Of a stretch of 64,000 nt of DNA, positions 19,657 through 28,803 are shown one piece after another; position 1 is the first letter of the stretch; each line of letters starts with the position of its first letter. The notes beneath the pieces are model-generated. The model was given only the letters and a program-made list of their open reading frames with translations, did not search any database and had not been told where the DNA came from. The DNA comes from an uncultured Bacilli bacterium. Lineage in GTDB: Bacteria; Bacillota_I; Bacilli_A; RF39; UBA660. The translations under genes and the position numbers were made by a program. The DNA lies in assembly GCA_963931305.1 (NCBI GenBank), contig OZ006994.1:282955-346954 (forward strand), given 5' to 3'.

Positions 19657-20757
19657 TTAAATAAGTTTATACTTTTTACAAAGTTCAAATAACATTTTTT
19701 CATCTTTTTTAGATGAGTCTTTGAAATGTGTTTTTACAGCAGTTGTTTCATCAACTAGTTGGTTTAATTCTTTATTATTTAATTTACGTAATCGACCAAC
19801 TAAATCTCTACAATTATCATTCAAAGTCTTACGTTTAAGTCTTTCATTAAAATTAGGGTCCTCGTCAAAACAACTTTCACAAAGATTTTTAATAGTGCTT
19901 GATGTAGGTTGTAAACATCTACAACAAATCTTAAAGCTGTCAGAATTCCAGTAAATACAATTTAGAAAATAATAAGTTAAAGACTGAACTAGATTATTTG
20001 TTTCAATATAACCACCGTTAGTATTAGATATAATTGGTGTAGCATAATTTTTATAAGCAGATATATATAGACTAAATTCTTCCTTTAGACTTTCAACATA
20101 ATAATTAAATTCATCTATGTATTTCTTTTTATCTTGAATAGTATCAAAACCCATGAGTTTATTTAATTTCTTTTTGTTTAAATCATCTAAATCAGTATCT
20201 AAAATTTTCTTTAACTCTGTTAATAAATAAACTGTAATAGAAGTAAAAATTAAGTCTTTTACCCTAACACATAATGGTAAATCAGTTTGATTACCCTCTT
20301 CAATAGTATCTTTTTCTAAATTTTCAAAATATGGAAGACCATTTTGTTTACAGAAATTTATAATAACATTAGTAATATTTTTATCTTGGAATAAACTATC
20401 ATAGTCATTAATAAAAATAACATGATTTGTATTAGGTTCAAGGTCTTCATGTAAATCAAATTCATTCTTATATATTACATCATTTCTATTTTTACCATTA
20501 AAAGACACTGGCATTATTCTAATTTTTTCTCTTTTCTTTATAAAGATACGACTAAAGTATTTTATATTTTCAATATTTAAATATAAAGTTTTCCCAAAAT
20601 CAATAAATTCTTTATACAAATTTTCTAAACTTTCACTCTCTGTTAAAAAAACGTCTTTACCAGTAGCTTCTATCACATAGTAATTAAATAGCTTTTTAAC
20701 ACTATAATTTTCAAATCTATATAATGTTCTTTTTAATTTAAGTCCCATTTTTATCAA
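19657..20757 (-). CDS. Hypothetical protein (366 aa) with C-terminal Cys-rich (CCRC…CESC) zinc-binding-like region
   Basis: The only minus-strand gene in the element. Convergent with int and divergent from the downstream block. Confidence 0.45.
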   Translation of the reverse strand: MIKMGLKLKRTLYRFENYSVKKLFNYYVIEATGKDVFLTESESLENLYKEFIDFGKTLYLNIENIKYFSRIFIKKREKIRIMPVSFNGKNRNDVIYKNEFDLHEDLEPNTNHVIFINDYDSLFQDKNITNVIINFCKQNGLPYFENLEKDTIEEGNQTDLPLCVRVKDLIFTSITVYLLTELKKILDTDLDDLNKKKLNKLMGFDTIQDKKKYIDEFNYYVESLKEEFSLYISAYKNYATPIISNTNGGYIETNNLVQSLTYYFLNCIYWNSDSFKICCRCLQPTSSTIKNLCESCFDEDPNFNERLKRKTLNDNCRDLVGRLRKLNNKELNQLVDETTAVKTHFKDSSKKDEKMLFELCKKYKLI

Positions 20758-20959
20758 TTCTCCTTTACAAAATATTAATTTTCATTCCCACTTTTTTCCG
20801 ACCCATAGACATTGAAGTTAAGATGAGATAAGTTGTTGTTGTCGCGACAAAAATGTGTGCTTTATTATAACACACATTAGAAAATTAACAAGACTTGAAG
20901 ACTTGTTATAAAAATTAAAGAAGTGGTAATCCACAAAAAAAAAGAAAGGAAAAAATATT

Positions 20960-21454
20960 ATGCATGAAAATATTGAAGAGACGTTAAACTGGACGTCTGA
21001 AAATAATCCAGTTAATAATGGAATAAACCTCGAAGAGGAATTCCAAAAAAGCAGTGAAAAGGAAGCTACTGCTTTACAAAAAAAGTTCCTAAATGCCTGT
21101 GGCGATATTAGTGAGGAATTTAAACCTGCCACATTTAAGGAATGTCAATTCAAAATTGGCACCAAAAATGGTACGCCATATCTAACGATGGTGTACCAAT
21201 ACAAAAATGTTGACAAGATTATTGAAGATAATTTTTATCTCTCCAATAATGCTTATCAACACAATTTAGAACGTTTAGATAGCGTTCTACACATTATGGG
21301 AGGAAAACTAGAGTTAACCAATACGGTTAACGAAAATGTACTAAAAGATTACATAAATAAATTTAAAGGAGCTGAAGTCTTAATAAGCCAGTTCCGAAAC
21401 AAAGATGGGCATAAACTATGTAATGTAGCAAGCCTACCAAAGGAGGTGGAATAA
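20960..21454 (+). CDS. Hypothetical protein (164 aa)
   Basis: RBS GAAAGGAAAA. No motif recognised. Confidence 0.4.
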   Translation: MHENIEETLNWTSENNPVNNGINLEEEFQKSSEKEATALQKKFLNACGDISEEFKPATFKECQFKIGTKNGTPYLTMVYQYKNVDKIIEDNFYLSNNAYQHNLERLDSVLHIMGGKLELTNTVNENVLKDYINKFKGAEVLISQFRNKDGHKLCNVASLPKEVE

Positions 21455-21455
21455 T

Positions 21456-21956
21456 ATGGCTATCTATAATGGCAAGCATAAAGAAAGCTCTATTGAGGAA
21501 GCACGAGTTTCTTTCATAGAGCTTCAAAATGCTGCTAAACAAAGTCAAAGAAAGCCTAAATTTGTTCCTATAACAAATCAATGGTATGACGGAGTTTTAA
21601 GTGAAATAGTACTAACAAAATCCGTTACTAAAGGTTATCCATGTATTGCGATAACTTTTAGCATACCAAGAGAGAGAAAGCCTGAAGATAAAGAAACGAA
21701 ATATGATAAGATTATCATTAATCATATTCTTTCTAATTTAGCAGGGCCTAAATCTTTAAGAGAGATAAAACGACTATTGTCTATTTTAGGAGTTTCAAAC
21801 CAAGAATTAAATACTATCAGTAATATAGAAACTGAATATAAATTTGTTGAGTATCTTCAAAAATTTGTAGGAACACCTATACGTATTAAATCAACATCAG
21901 ATAGTAGTACCAAATCATACGATATTGAAAGACGAGACGTAAATAATGGAAAATAA
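21456..21956 (+). CDS. Hypothetical protein (166 aa)
   Basis: Tightly packed with its neighbours. No motif recognised. Confidence 0.4.
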   Translation: MAIYNGKHKESSIEEARVSFIELQNAAKQSQRKPKFVPITNQWYDGVLSEIVLTKSVTKGYPCIAITFSIPRERKPEDKETKYDKIIINHILSNLAGPKSLREIKRLLSILGVSNQELNTISNIETEYKFVEYLQKFVGTPIRIKSTSDSSTKSYDIERRDVNNGK

Positions 21957-23829
21957 TTTAAAATATGTCGTATTACAAAAAAGGTCAAAAAAGCCAACCG
22001 CCAATTCTAACGGTGGTTGGCTATTAACTGAAGACCCAACAGCTTATGATGATGTTGGTTTGTATTTAAATAACATAAAAGATGTTGTAGTAGTTGATTT
22101 TGATTCTCTAAAAGAAAATAATGAGTATGAAGATAAAATTATTAGAGTAATACAAAAGAAATATCCAAGCAGTCTTGTTGTAAAAACAGATAAAGGGTAT
22201 CACTTGTATTATAAAACAAAGAGAAAAATTAAAAATCAAACAAAAACTATGGTTTGTTTAGGTATAAAAGTAGACTTTAAAGTTGGAAATTCATACACTG
22301 TTATTAAAAGAAACGGCAAGTTTAGACAATATAATGGAGATTTTGACTTCACAAAGTTAAACGAATTACCAGATATTTTATTACCTCTTCCTACTAAAGA
22401 AGCAAAAATACAAGCTGGAATAACCGAAGGGGCTAGAAATGATAGTTTGTTTAAGCATTTATGTAGAATAAGAAAATTTTATGATGATGTTAATTTATCT
22501 GAAATAGCCCACTTTATAAACCAATATTTATATAATCCACCAATGGAAACACAAGAAGTTGAAGGTATAGTTGCTTCATCTTTAAAACAAAATATTGAAA
22601 CATTTGAAGATGATAAATCAGCTAAGTTTTATGAAGCGATAGAAAATGTAATAGAAGAATATAAAGTTCATCTAGCTAATAACAACCTATATTTTCTATA
22701 TAATGGACATTATGAAAATGATGACTTTAAACTTCTAAAACTAGTTTATAATTATTGTAGTTTTTCTATATCCAATAGTGAAAACGTTATATTTCAATTA
22801 AAAATGAAAGCTACACCATGGGACGAGAAAAACATAATCGCTATCAAAAATGGCATTATAGAAAATGGCGTGTATAAAAATATAAGTGATGTCTTTACAC
22901 CTTTTTATATTGATGTTACATACGACCCTAATGCCTACTCTAAAGTACTTGATGATTTTATACAATTCATTACTAATAATCAAGATAGTAAAGAAAAAAA
23001 TGATTTAAGAATTGTTTTAGAAGAAATGTTCGGTCATTGTCTAATGTTTGATGACTTTCCACATAAAATATTTTTACTTGTTGGAAAAGGAAATAACGGT
23101 AAAAGTGTCTTACTTAACTTTATATGTAATTTCTTTCAAAATATGTACTCAAGTGTACCTATTAACTATATAGATAAAGATAATTATGTCGCTAGGATAG
23201 TTAATAAATTAGTTAATATCTCTGATGATGTAGATTATAACTATTTAGTAAGTAGTCAAAATATTAAAAAAATCGCTTCAGGAGACCACGTATCAGCAAG
23301 AGAGTTATACGGTAAAAGTTTCGACTTTAAAAGTACTTGTACTCAAATATACTCTATGAACGAACTAATAAAGTTCAAAGATAAATCTTATGGTATGGAA
23401 AGGCGTCTTTGTATTATTCCATTTAAAAATGAAGTAAAAGATGTTGACCCACATATGTTAAAGAAATTACTTAATGATGAAGCTAAATCTTACTTTCTAA
23501 ACCTAGCTTTAGAAGGAATAAAAAGAATAAAAGAAAATAACTGTCAATTAAGTAAATCTACAATAATAGAAAAAACTATAAAAAGATATATCAATGAAAG
23601 TGATACTGTCGAAATGTTCTTTAATTATGGCGATGTAGGTGATATAAACGAACGTCAATTTTCAATAATATACGAAGCATATAAAAGTTTCTGTATTGAT
23701 AATGAGTATATTCCATGTACAAAAAATGGTTTCAGTAGAAGACTACATAAAAAGGGTTACACTAGTGTACCAAGAAAAATTGATAATAAATCTGTGAGAA
23801 TGATTATAAGGGAAGATAAAGATGAATGA
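21946..23829 (+). CDS. Bifunctional Prim-Pol primase with PriCT-1 and a P4/D5-type SF3 helicase domain (replicative primase-helicase)
   Basis: N-terminal Prim-Pol features (VVDFD, GYHLYY). PriCT_1-like EGARNDSLFKHLCRI. C-terminal Walker A LLVGKGNNGKSVL and Walker B-like ISDDVDY of the phage/plasmid primase P4 family. Confidence 0.7.
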   Translation: MENNLKYVVLQKRSKKPTANSNGGWLLTEDPTAYDDVGLYLNNIKDVVVVDFDSLKENNEYEDKIIRVIQKKYPSSLVVKTDKGYHLYYKTKRKIKNQTKTMVCLGIKVDFKVGNSYTVIKRNGKFRQYNGDFDFTKLNELPDILLPLPTKEAKIQAGITEGARNDSLFKHLCRIRKFYDDVNLSEIAHFINQYLYNPPMETQEVEGIVASSLKQNIETFEDDKSAKFYEAIENVIEEYKVHLANNNLYFLYNGHYENDDFKLLKLVYNYCSFSISNSENVIFQLKMKATPWDEKNIIAIKNGIIENGVYKNISDVFTPFYIDVTYDPNAYSKVLDDFIQFITNNQDSKEKNDLRIVLEEMFGHCLMFDDFPHKIFLLVGKGNNGKSVLLNFICNFFQNMYSSVPINYIDKDNYVARIVNKLVNISDDVDYNYLVSSQNIKKIASGDHVSARELYGKSFDFKSTCTQIYSMNELIKFKDKSYGMERRLCIIPFKNEVKDVDPHMLKKLLNDEAKSYFLNLALEGIKRIKENNCQLSKSTIIEKTIKRYINESDTVEMFFNYGDVGDINERQFSIIYEAYKSFCIDNEYIPCTKNGFSRRLHKKGYTSVPRKIDNKSVRMIIREDKDE

Positions 23830-24322
23830 GTTTTACAATAAAAAGTTTTTTGACCTATTAGAAGAAATAAAAAGAGATTATCAATTAGTATATGCTAAAC
23901 AACTACTGGACTTACAAGAACGCATGCAAGAAGCTGGTCCTATAAAAGATAGACGCCTTGAACTGTTATATAAATTTCCAGTAGAAAGAGAAATAATAAA
24001 AGAAATTATAATGGAAAGATTACGAAGAGCTCAAGGCGAGCTAATTTTACCCGAAGATGAACTCACAGAAGAACAAAAAGTTTTAAGTGAAAAAAGAAGT
24101 CTAATAAAAAGTTATATGGTTGAAAATTTAATACCAGATATTTTGTTTGATGAGTTTTATGAAAATTATTTAAAAAAGTATGAGGGAGTTGAAGAAAAAT
24201 ACTTAATGTCTAAAAGCGAAGTAAAAAAAGAATTACAAAGTGTAGGGTTTGGGGTAAAAGTAGAATATGACTTAAACGACGAGCCTAAAAAATATATAGT
24301 ATTTAGGTTTTATAATTGGTAG
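23822..24322 (+). CDS. Hypothetical protein (166 aa)
   Basis: ATGA overlap with the primase gene. Confidence 0.4.
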   Translation: MNEFYNKKFFDLLEEIKRDYQLVYAKQLLDLQERMQEAGPIKDRRLELLYKFPVEREIIKEIIMERLRRAQGELILPEDELTEEQKVLSEKRSLIKSYMVENLIPDILFDEFYENYLKKYEGVEEKYLMSKSEVKKELQSVGFGVKVEYDLNDEPKKYIVFRFYNW

Positions 24323-24852
24323 TAACGTAGTATTAATGCGAGAAACCTTTACAAAGCTATTCAAAATTAAATACGTAATAAAAATATTGAACAGCTAAGT
24401 TATAAAACGCGTAACTTACAGTTTACGAAGTCATCAATGCTATATATAATATACCCTAAATTTAACGATTTAAAGCTAATATAAGGCGAAGTCGGTTTAT
24501 AAGTATATCAATACCTACAACTAGTAAAAAACGCTACCATAAGCTCTGTGGCACGTTCTATAAAATATAGGAACGAAAATGATATTAACTCTTTCACTTT
24601 AAAATAGAGTTAAGAAAGCACTTGATGTTAAAAACGTACAAATTCAAGGTAAATGGTACTGGACTTTAGGAAACGAAATAAATAACCAAGCCCTAAATGA
24701 AATACTTATAATCTAACAAACTAATATGTACTTTACTTAAAAATTGTTTTATTATATACCCCATAAAAAAGAATAGGAAAATATTTTGTCATAAATAAAT
24801 AATGATATTTTCCTATCTTTCTTAATAAAGTTTTACTAGGAGGAATTGATTT

Positions 24853-25026
24853 ATGGAAAATAATGTTAAAAGTATCATAGATAAAATAAGTAAATTCAAA
24901 TTACAACTTATCATCAATAAAAATCTTTTTTCTAGTAATGTTATTAGTAGTAGTATCTATGAACAGATGGAGTCATCACTATTAGAAAAAATAGAAACAT
25001 TAAATAAGGAATTATCACTTATTTAA
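24853..25026 (+). CDS. Small coiled-coil protein (57 aa, MENNVKSIIDKISKFKLQ…), translationally coupled (TAATG) to the serine recombinase. Candidate recombination directionality factor.
   Basis: RBS AGGAGG 7 nt upstream. The stop overlaps the recombinase ATG. Under 60 aa, so absent from the ORF track. Confidence 0.4.
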   Translation: MENNVKSIIDKISKFKLQLIINKNLFSSNVISSSIYEQMESSLLEKIETLNKELSLI

Positions 25027-26681
25027 TGCTAACATTATTTGAAATCAGAAATGCCCTAGCTGATGGTATATCTATATTTGATTTACATTTAAAAGTTACT
25101 TATTATGCTAGGGTATCTACTGATAAATACGACCAGTTAAACTCTTTGGAAAATCAAATAACCTACTACGAACATTTTATTAGAGAAAATACAAATTGGA
25201 CTTTTGTTGATGGTTATGTTGATGAGGGAATTACTGGTACTTCAACAGCTAAACGTGATGATTTTAAACGTATGATTAGAGACGCTAAAAATAAAAAATT
25301 TAATTTAATTATAACTAAAGAAATATCAAGGTTCGCAAGAGATACTTTAGATAGTATAAAGTATACAAGAAAACTATTAGAGTATGGTGTTGGTGTTTTA
25401 TTCCAATACGACCATATAAACACTTTTAATCCTGACTCTGAATTGAGATTAACTATTATGGCTTCTATCGCACAAGAGGAAGTTAGAAAACTATCTGAAA
25501 GAGTAAAGTTTGGTTTCCAAAGGTCTATTGAAAAAGGAAATGTTTTAGGTAACAATGCTATATGGGGTTATAAAAAAGATAATTGTAAGTTAGTTATTGT
25601 AGAGGAAGAAGCAGAAATTATTAGAAGAATATTTGATATGTATGTTAATGAACATATTGGTATGCGAACTATCGGACATAAATTAGCTGATTTAGGTTAT
25701 TACAATAGTAATGGAAAACCTTTCACTCAAAATACAATTAAAAATATTCTTACTAATCCTAAATATAAAGGTTATTACTGTGGAAATAAGACAAGAGTTA
25801 TTGACTATCACTCTAAACAAAGAGTAAATATTGAAAAAGATGACTGGAAGCTTTACGAAGATAATGAGAGTGTTCCACCTATTGTAAGTGCTTCTATATG
25901 GGAAAAAGCCCAAAAGATTATTGAAGCTAGAAGTAAAAAGCTATCTAAAGATAAAACAGTATATCAAAATAGGTACCCGTTTAGTGGAAAAATTTATTGT
26001 ATGGAGCATAATACGACATATAGAAGAAAAGTAAATACAAGTAGTGGTATAAAAAAGAAAAAGGTAGTTACTTGGAGATGTAGCGAGTTTTTAAAACATA
26101 ATACTAAAGGTTGTGATGGTCCTATTCTTTATGATAATGAATTAAGAGAAATTGTTGGTAAAACAATATTAAGTTACGTGTCTAATATTAATGTCATTGA
26201 TGATTTAATGAAAGAGTACAAAGAACTTCAAAGTAATATGGATTTTAAAGATGAGATAGAAGTAAAACAGAAGAAAATAGAAATGTTAGAAAAGAAGAAA
26301 AGTAAAATACTTGACCTAATTCTAAAAGACTTAATTAATGAAGATGATTTTAAACTACAAGTAGAGAAAATAGTTAACGAAATTCATAAACTTGAAGATG
26401 AAATAACTATTTTAGAAGAAAAAAGTAATCATTTATTAGAAGATGAGAGATATTTAGAAAGTGTCAAGAAAAAAGCGAAAGAACTACTTGAGTATGAGAA
26501 AGCCGATATTGATAGTTTGATTTATGAATTTTTAGAGAAGATAGAAGTCTATAAGATGAAAGACAAAGATTTTATAAAGTTAAGAATTATACTTAATACT
26601 GGAGATAATTACAGTATTTCTTTTAAAAATAAAACGCATCCTTCTTGTTCGTATTATACATATGATTCGTGTCGATGTTGA
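25026..26681 (+). CDS. Large serine recombinase: resolvase catalytic domain, recombinase domain, zinc ribbon, coiled coil. SpoIVCA/CisA-like.
   Basis: YYARVSTDKYDQLNSLENQ carries the catalytic Ser. Resolvase motifs …DEGITGTS…R… follow. Cys cluster CMEHN…WRCSEF…CDG. C-terminal coiled coil. The 3' end reads across the spoIVA junction. Confidence 0.85.
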   Translation: MLTLFEIRNALADGISIFDLHLKVTYYARVSTDKYDQLNSLENQITYYEHFIRENTNWTFVDGYVDEGITGTSTAKRDDFKRMIRDAKNKKFNLIITKEISRFARDTLDSIKYTRKLLEYGVGVLFQYDHINTFNPDSELRLTIMASIAQEEVRKLSERVKFGFQRSIEKGNVLGNNAIWGYKKDNCKLVIVEEEAEIIRRIFDMYVNEHIGMRTIGHKLADLGYYNSNGKPFTQNTIKNILTNPKYKGYYCGNKTRVIDYHSKQRVNIEKDDWKLYEDNESVPPIVSASIWEKAQKIIEARSKKLSKDKTVYQNRYPFSGKIYCMEHNTTYRRKVNTSSGIKKKKVVTWRCSEFLKHNTKGCDGPILYDNELREIVGKTILSYVSNINVIDDLMKEYKELQSNMDFKDEIEVKQKKIEMLEKKKSKILDLILKDLINEDDFKLQVEKIVNEIHKLEDEITILEEKSNHLLEDERYLESVKKKAKELLEYEKADIDSLIYEFLEKIEVYKMKDKDFIKLRIILNTGDNYSISFKNKTHPSCSYYTYDSCRC

Positions 26682-26937
26682 ATCTACCTTTGAACCAATT
26701 ATCGGATCAGAATTACAAAGTAAAGAATTAATTCAATATCTTATGAAAGATCATGATAATGACCCAGCAAGTATTTGGAAAAGTGAAATATTTGGACGTA
26801 GTTTAGATGTTATTGTCAAAGAAGGAATTCAAGCTAAAATCTCACTATTGCCTGATAATGTACGCTTTAAATTACAAACAACACTCTCTAAATTAGTCAA
26901 TAAAGGTTCTGGTAATTTATTTGCTATTGTACTTTAG
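26662..26937 (+). CDS. spoIVA: Stage IV sporulation protein A, 3' segment (codons 401-491)
   Basis: MIRVDVESTFEPIIGSELQSKELIQYLM…SLDVIVKEGIQAKISLLPDNVRFKL…GSGNLFAIVL matches the SpoIVA C-terminus …MIKVDVESEFAPIIG…REGIQAKLSLMPENARYKL…GSGGLIAIIL. Confidence 0.9.
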   Translation: MIRVDVESTFEPIIGSELQSKELIQYLMKDHDNDPASIWKSEIFGRSLDVIVKEGIQAKISLLPDNVRFKLQTTLSKLVNKGSGNLFAIVL

Positions 26938-26951
26938 AATAAAACAATAAA

Positions 26952-26980
26952 AAATCACCATACTAAAAGTGGTGATTTTT
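26952..26980 (+). terminator. Rho-independent terminator after the spoIVA 3' segment
   Basis: AAATCACCA-tactaaaag-TGGTGATTT hairpin followed by a T-run. Confidence 0.55.
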
Positions 26981-27487
26981 ATGTATTATTTAAATACATT
27001 TTTATTATATTCTATATTAGGATTTCTTTTAGAAACAGTTCGTTCTTTTTTAGTAAATAGTAAATTTACTAGTGGTATTTTATATGGCCCATGGACACCT
27101 ATTTATGGCATTGGAATTGTTATTGTAATTCTTATTTCCAATTATTTATTTTCTCATCTTCATTTATCTAGATGGATAGAAACATTTATTACTTTTGTGA
27201 TCATTACTCTTATTTTAACATTATTAGAATGGCTAGGTGGAATTCTTATTGAAAAAATATTTCATACTGTTTTTTGGGATTATAGTAAAGAAACATTTTC
27301 TATTGGAAAGTATATTTCTCTTAGTAAGAGTTTGATGTGGGGTGTAGGATCTATTATCTTTATTTATGTATTAAAACCATTATTAGAAGGAGTTATAAAA
27401 CATATTCCTATACCAGTTACTATCATTCTTACTTTACTTATGTTATCTGATTTCATACTTACCTTTGTAAATAAGAGCAAAATTTAA
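26981..27487 (+). CDS. Polytopic membrane protein (GPWTPIYGIG motif). The track ORF start at GTG 26969 lies inside the terminator hairpin.
   Basis: Four or more hydrophobic helices. Possibly the ABC_trans_CmpB/DUF-type family; uncertain. Confidence 0.4.
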   Translation: MYYLNTFLLYSILGFLLETVRSFLVNSKFTSGILYGPWTPIYGIGIVIVILISNYLFSHLHLSRWIETFITFVIITLILTLLEWLGGILIEKIFHTVFWDYSKETFSIGKYISLSKSLMWGVGSIIFIYVLKPLLEGVIKHIPIPVTIILTLLMLSDFILTFVNKSKI

Positions 27488-27541
27488 AGTATTTTATTTT
27501 TGATGACACAAAAAAAGGGAATATTCCCTTCATACAATTGA

Positions 27542-28684
27542 TTAATTGGTATAACGTAATGTTTCGTTGGAAATATTAAAGATAATACCAACCATAATCA
27601 TATAACTAAGAAGACTAGAACCACCATAACTAATAAATGGAAGTGTAATTCCAGTAATTGGCATTAACCCAATTGTCATTCCAATGTTTTGAAATTGTTG
27701 ATATATTAGCATTCCTACAATTCCTCCAATGACATATTTATTAATATTAGAAGTATTTTTAATAGCAATCATAATTAGCTTTACATTAAAGAAAATAAGT
27801 AATGAGATGAGTGCAAGGGAACCGATAAATCCAAAGTTACTACCAAATACCGCAAAGATAAAATCAGTCTGTGGCTCAGGAAAATAGACAGGAGTATTGT
27901 TAAAACCATGACCAAATAATCCAGCACTACCAATCGCACTAATTCCATTTTCTAATTGATATCCACTCTTATTAGACCAATCTAGTAATCGATCTACACG
28001 TAAGAAGAAACTTGTTCCAAATATTTTCACAAATAAATCTTGATTGATAAAATAAATACCTAGAATGATAGCAATTACAAATGCACAAATACTAAATAAA
28101 AGAGCAAACCAACGATAGCGTATTCCTGATATAAAAAGCATCACGACAGTAATTAATAAATAGATTAATACAACCCCTGTATCTGGCTGTAAGAAGGTTA
28201 AAAGACTAGGAATCCCTACCACAATACCCACTTTTATTAAGAACTTAAACTCTTCCATAATACTAGGATTATCAAAATTCTCATTAAATTTTTGAATCAT
28301 AGAACCAAGTGTCATAATTAAAACAATCTTCATAAATTCACTTGGTTGAATGGTACCTAAATTCCATGGAAGGGTATACCAACATTTCGCATCATTAATC
28401 GATGTTCCAAAAAAGAATAAACCAAATAACGATAATACCCCAATTCCGTATAAGATCCATATATTCCGATATATAAAATCATTTCCAATAAACATAATAA
28501 AGTAAGCAAGAGCAAATCCGATGACATACCATATCACTTGTTTTAAAGCTAAATTCTGCATATCAGCACCTAATAAACTCTGAGCACTATATATTGTAAT
28601 CACACTGATAATGGCAAACAATATCATTGGAATTAACACACCTTTATCTACTTTATACTTTGAAATGTTTTTCATAAACATCAC
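27542..28684 (-). CDS. SEDS-family peptidoglycan glycosyltransferase (FtsW/RodA/SpoVE family)
   Basis: ~10 TM helices. Conserved SEDS C-terminal block …PEPQTDFIFAV…GFIGS… and …GLMPITGITLPFISYGGSSLL…. Confidence 0.8.
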   Translation of the reverse strand: MMFMKNISKYKVDKGVLIPMILFAIISVITIYSAQSLLGADMQNLALKQVIWYVIGFALAYFIMFIGNDFIYRNIWILYGIGVLSLFGLFFFGTSINDAKCWYTLPWNLGTIQPSEFMKIVLIMTLGSMIQKFNENFDNPSIMEEFKFLIKVGIVVGIPSLLTFLQPDTGVVLIYLLITVVMLFISGIRYRWFALLFSICAFVIAIILGIYFINQDLFVKIFGTSFFLRVDRLLDWSNKSGYQLENGISAIGSAGLFGHGFNNTPVYFPEPQTDFIFAVFGSNFGFIGSLALISLLIFFNVKLIMIAIKNTSNINKYVIGGIVGMLIYQQFQNIGMTIGLMPITGITLPFISYGGSSLLSYMIMVGIIFNISNETLRYTN

Positions 28685-28803
28685 CTTATTTCATATTACA
28701 CTAATTTTTCTTTTGTTACAACAAAACTGTTTCAATATGACAAAAAATATCGATTTCATTGCAATTTCTCTTTGATATGTAGTATAATGAATTCGGTGAT
28801 AGA

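Larger units (their letters stand above)
11391..26661 (+). mobile_element. ~15.3-kb intervening element splitting spoIVA (skin-like). Crossover lies somewhere in a shared ACATA (11389-11393 / 26658-26662). Cargo: XRE regulator, replication initiator-like protein, SSB-like protein, DnaB-C-like ATPase, xis+tyrosine int, Prim-Pol/P4 primase-helicase, large serine recombinase at the right edge.
   Basis: The spoIVA halves flank it. Removing 15271 bp restores the frame SIH-MIRVDVES. The serine recombinase ORF reads across the right junction. No capsid, tail or terminase genes. Confidence 0.8.

Noticed and set aside
19721-19954. Plus-strand ORF inside the 19657-20757 minus-strand gene
   Set aside because: The longer minus-strand frame has the RBS and a Cys-rich domain structure; this one is its shadow.
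20818-21581. Minus-strand ORFs 20818-21132 and 21363-21581
   Set aside because: They overlap plus-strand genes with RBSs. Hydrophobic junk composition.
25214-25913. Two antisense ORFs within the serine recombinase gene
   Set aside because: Recombinase motifs on the plus strand are clear.
26969-26980. GTG start of ORF 26969-27487
   Set aside because: It lies inside the terminator hairpin of the spoIVA 3' segment. The ATG at 26981 was preferred.
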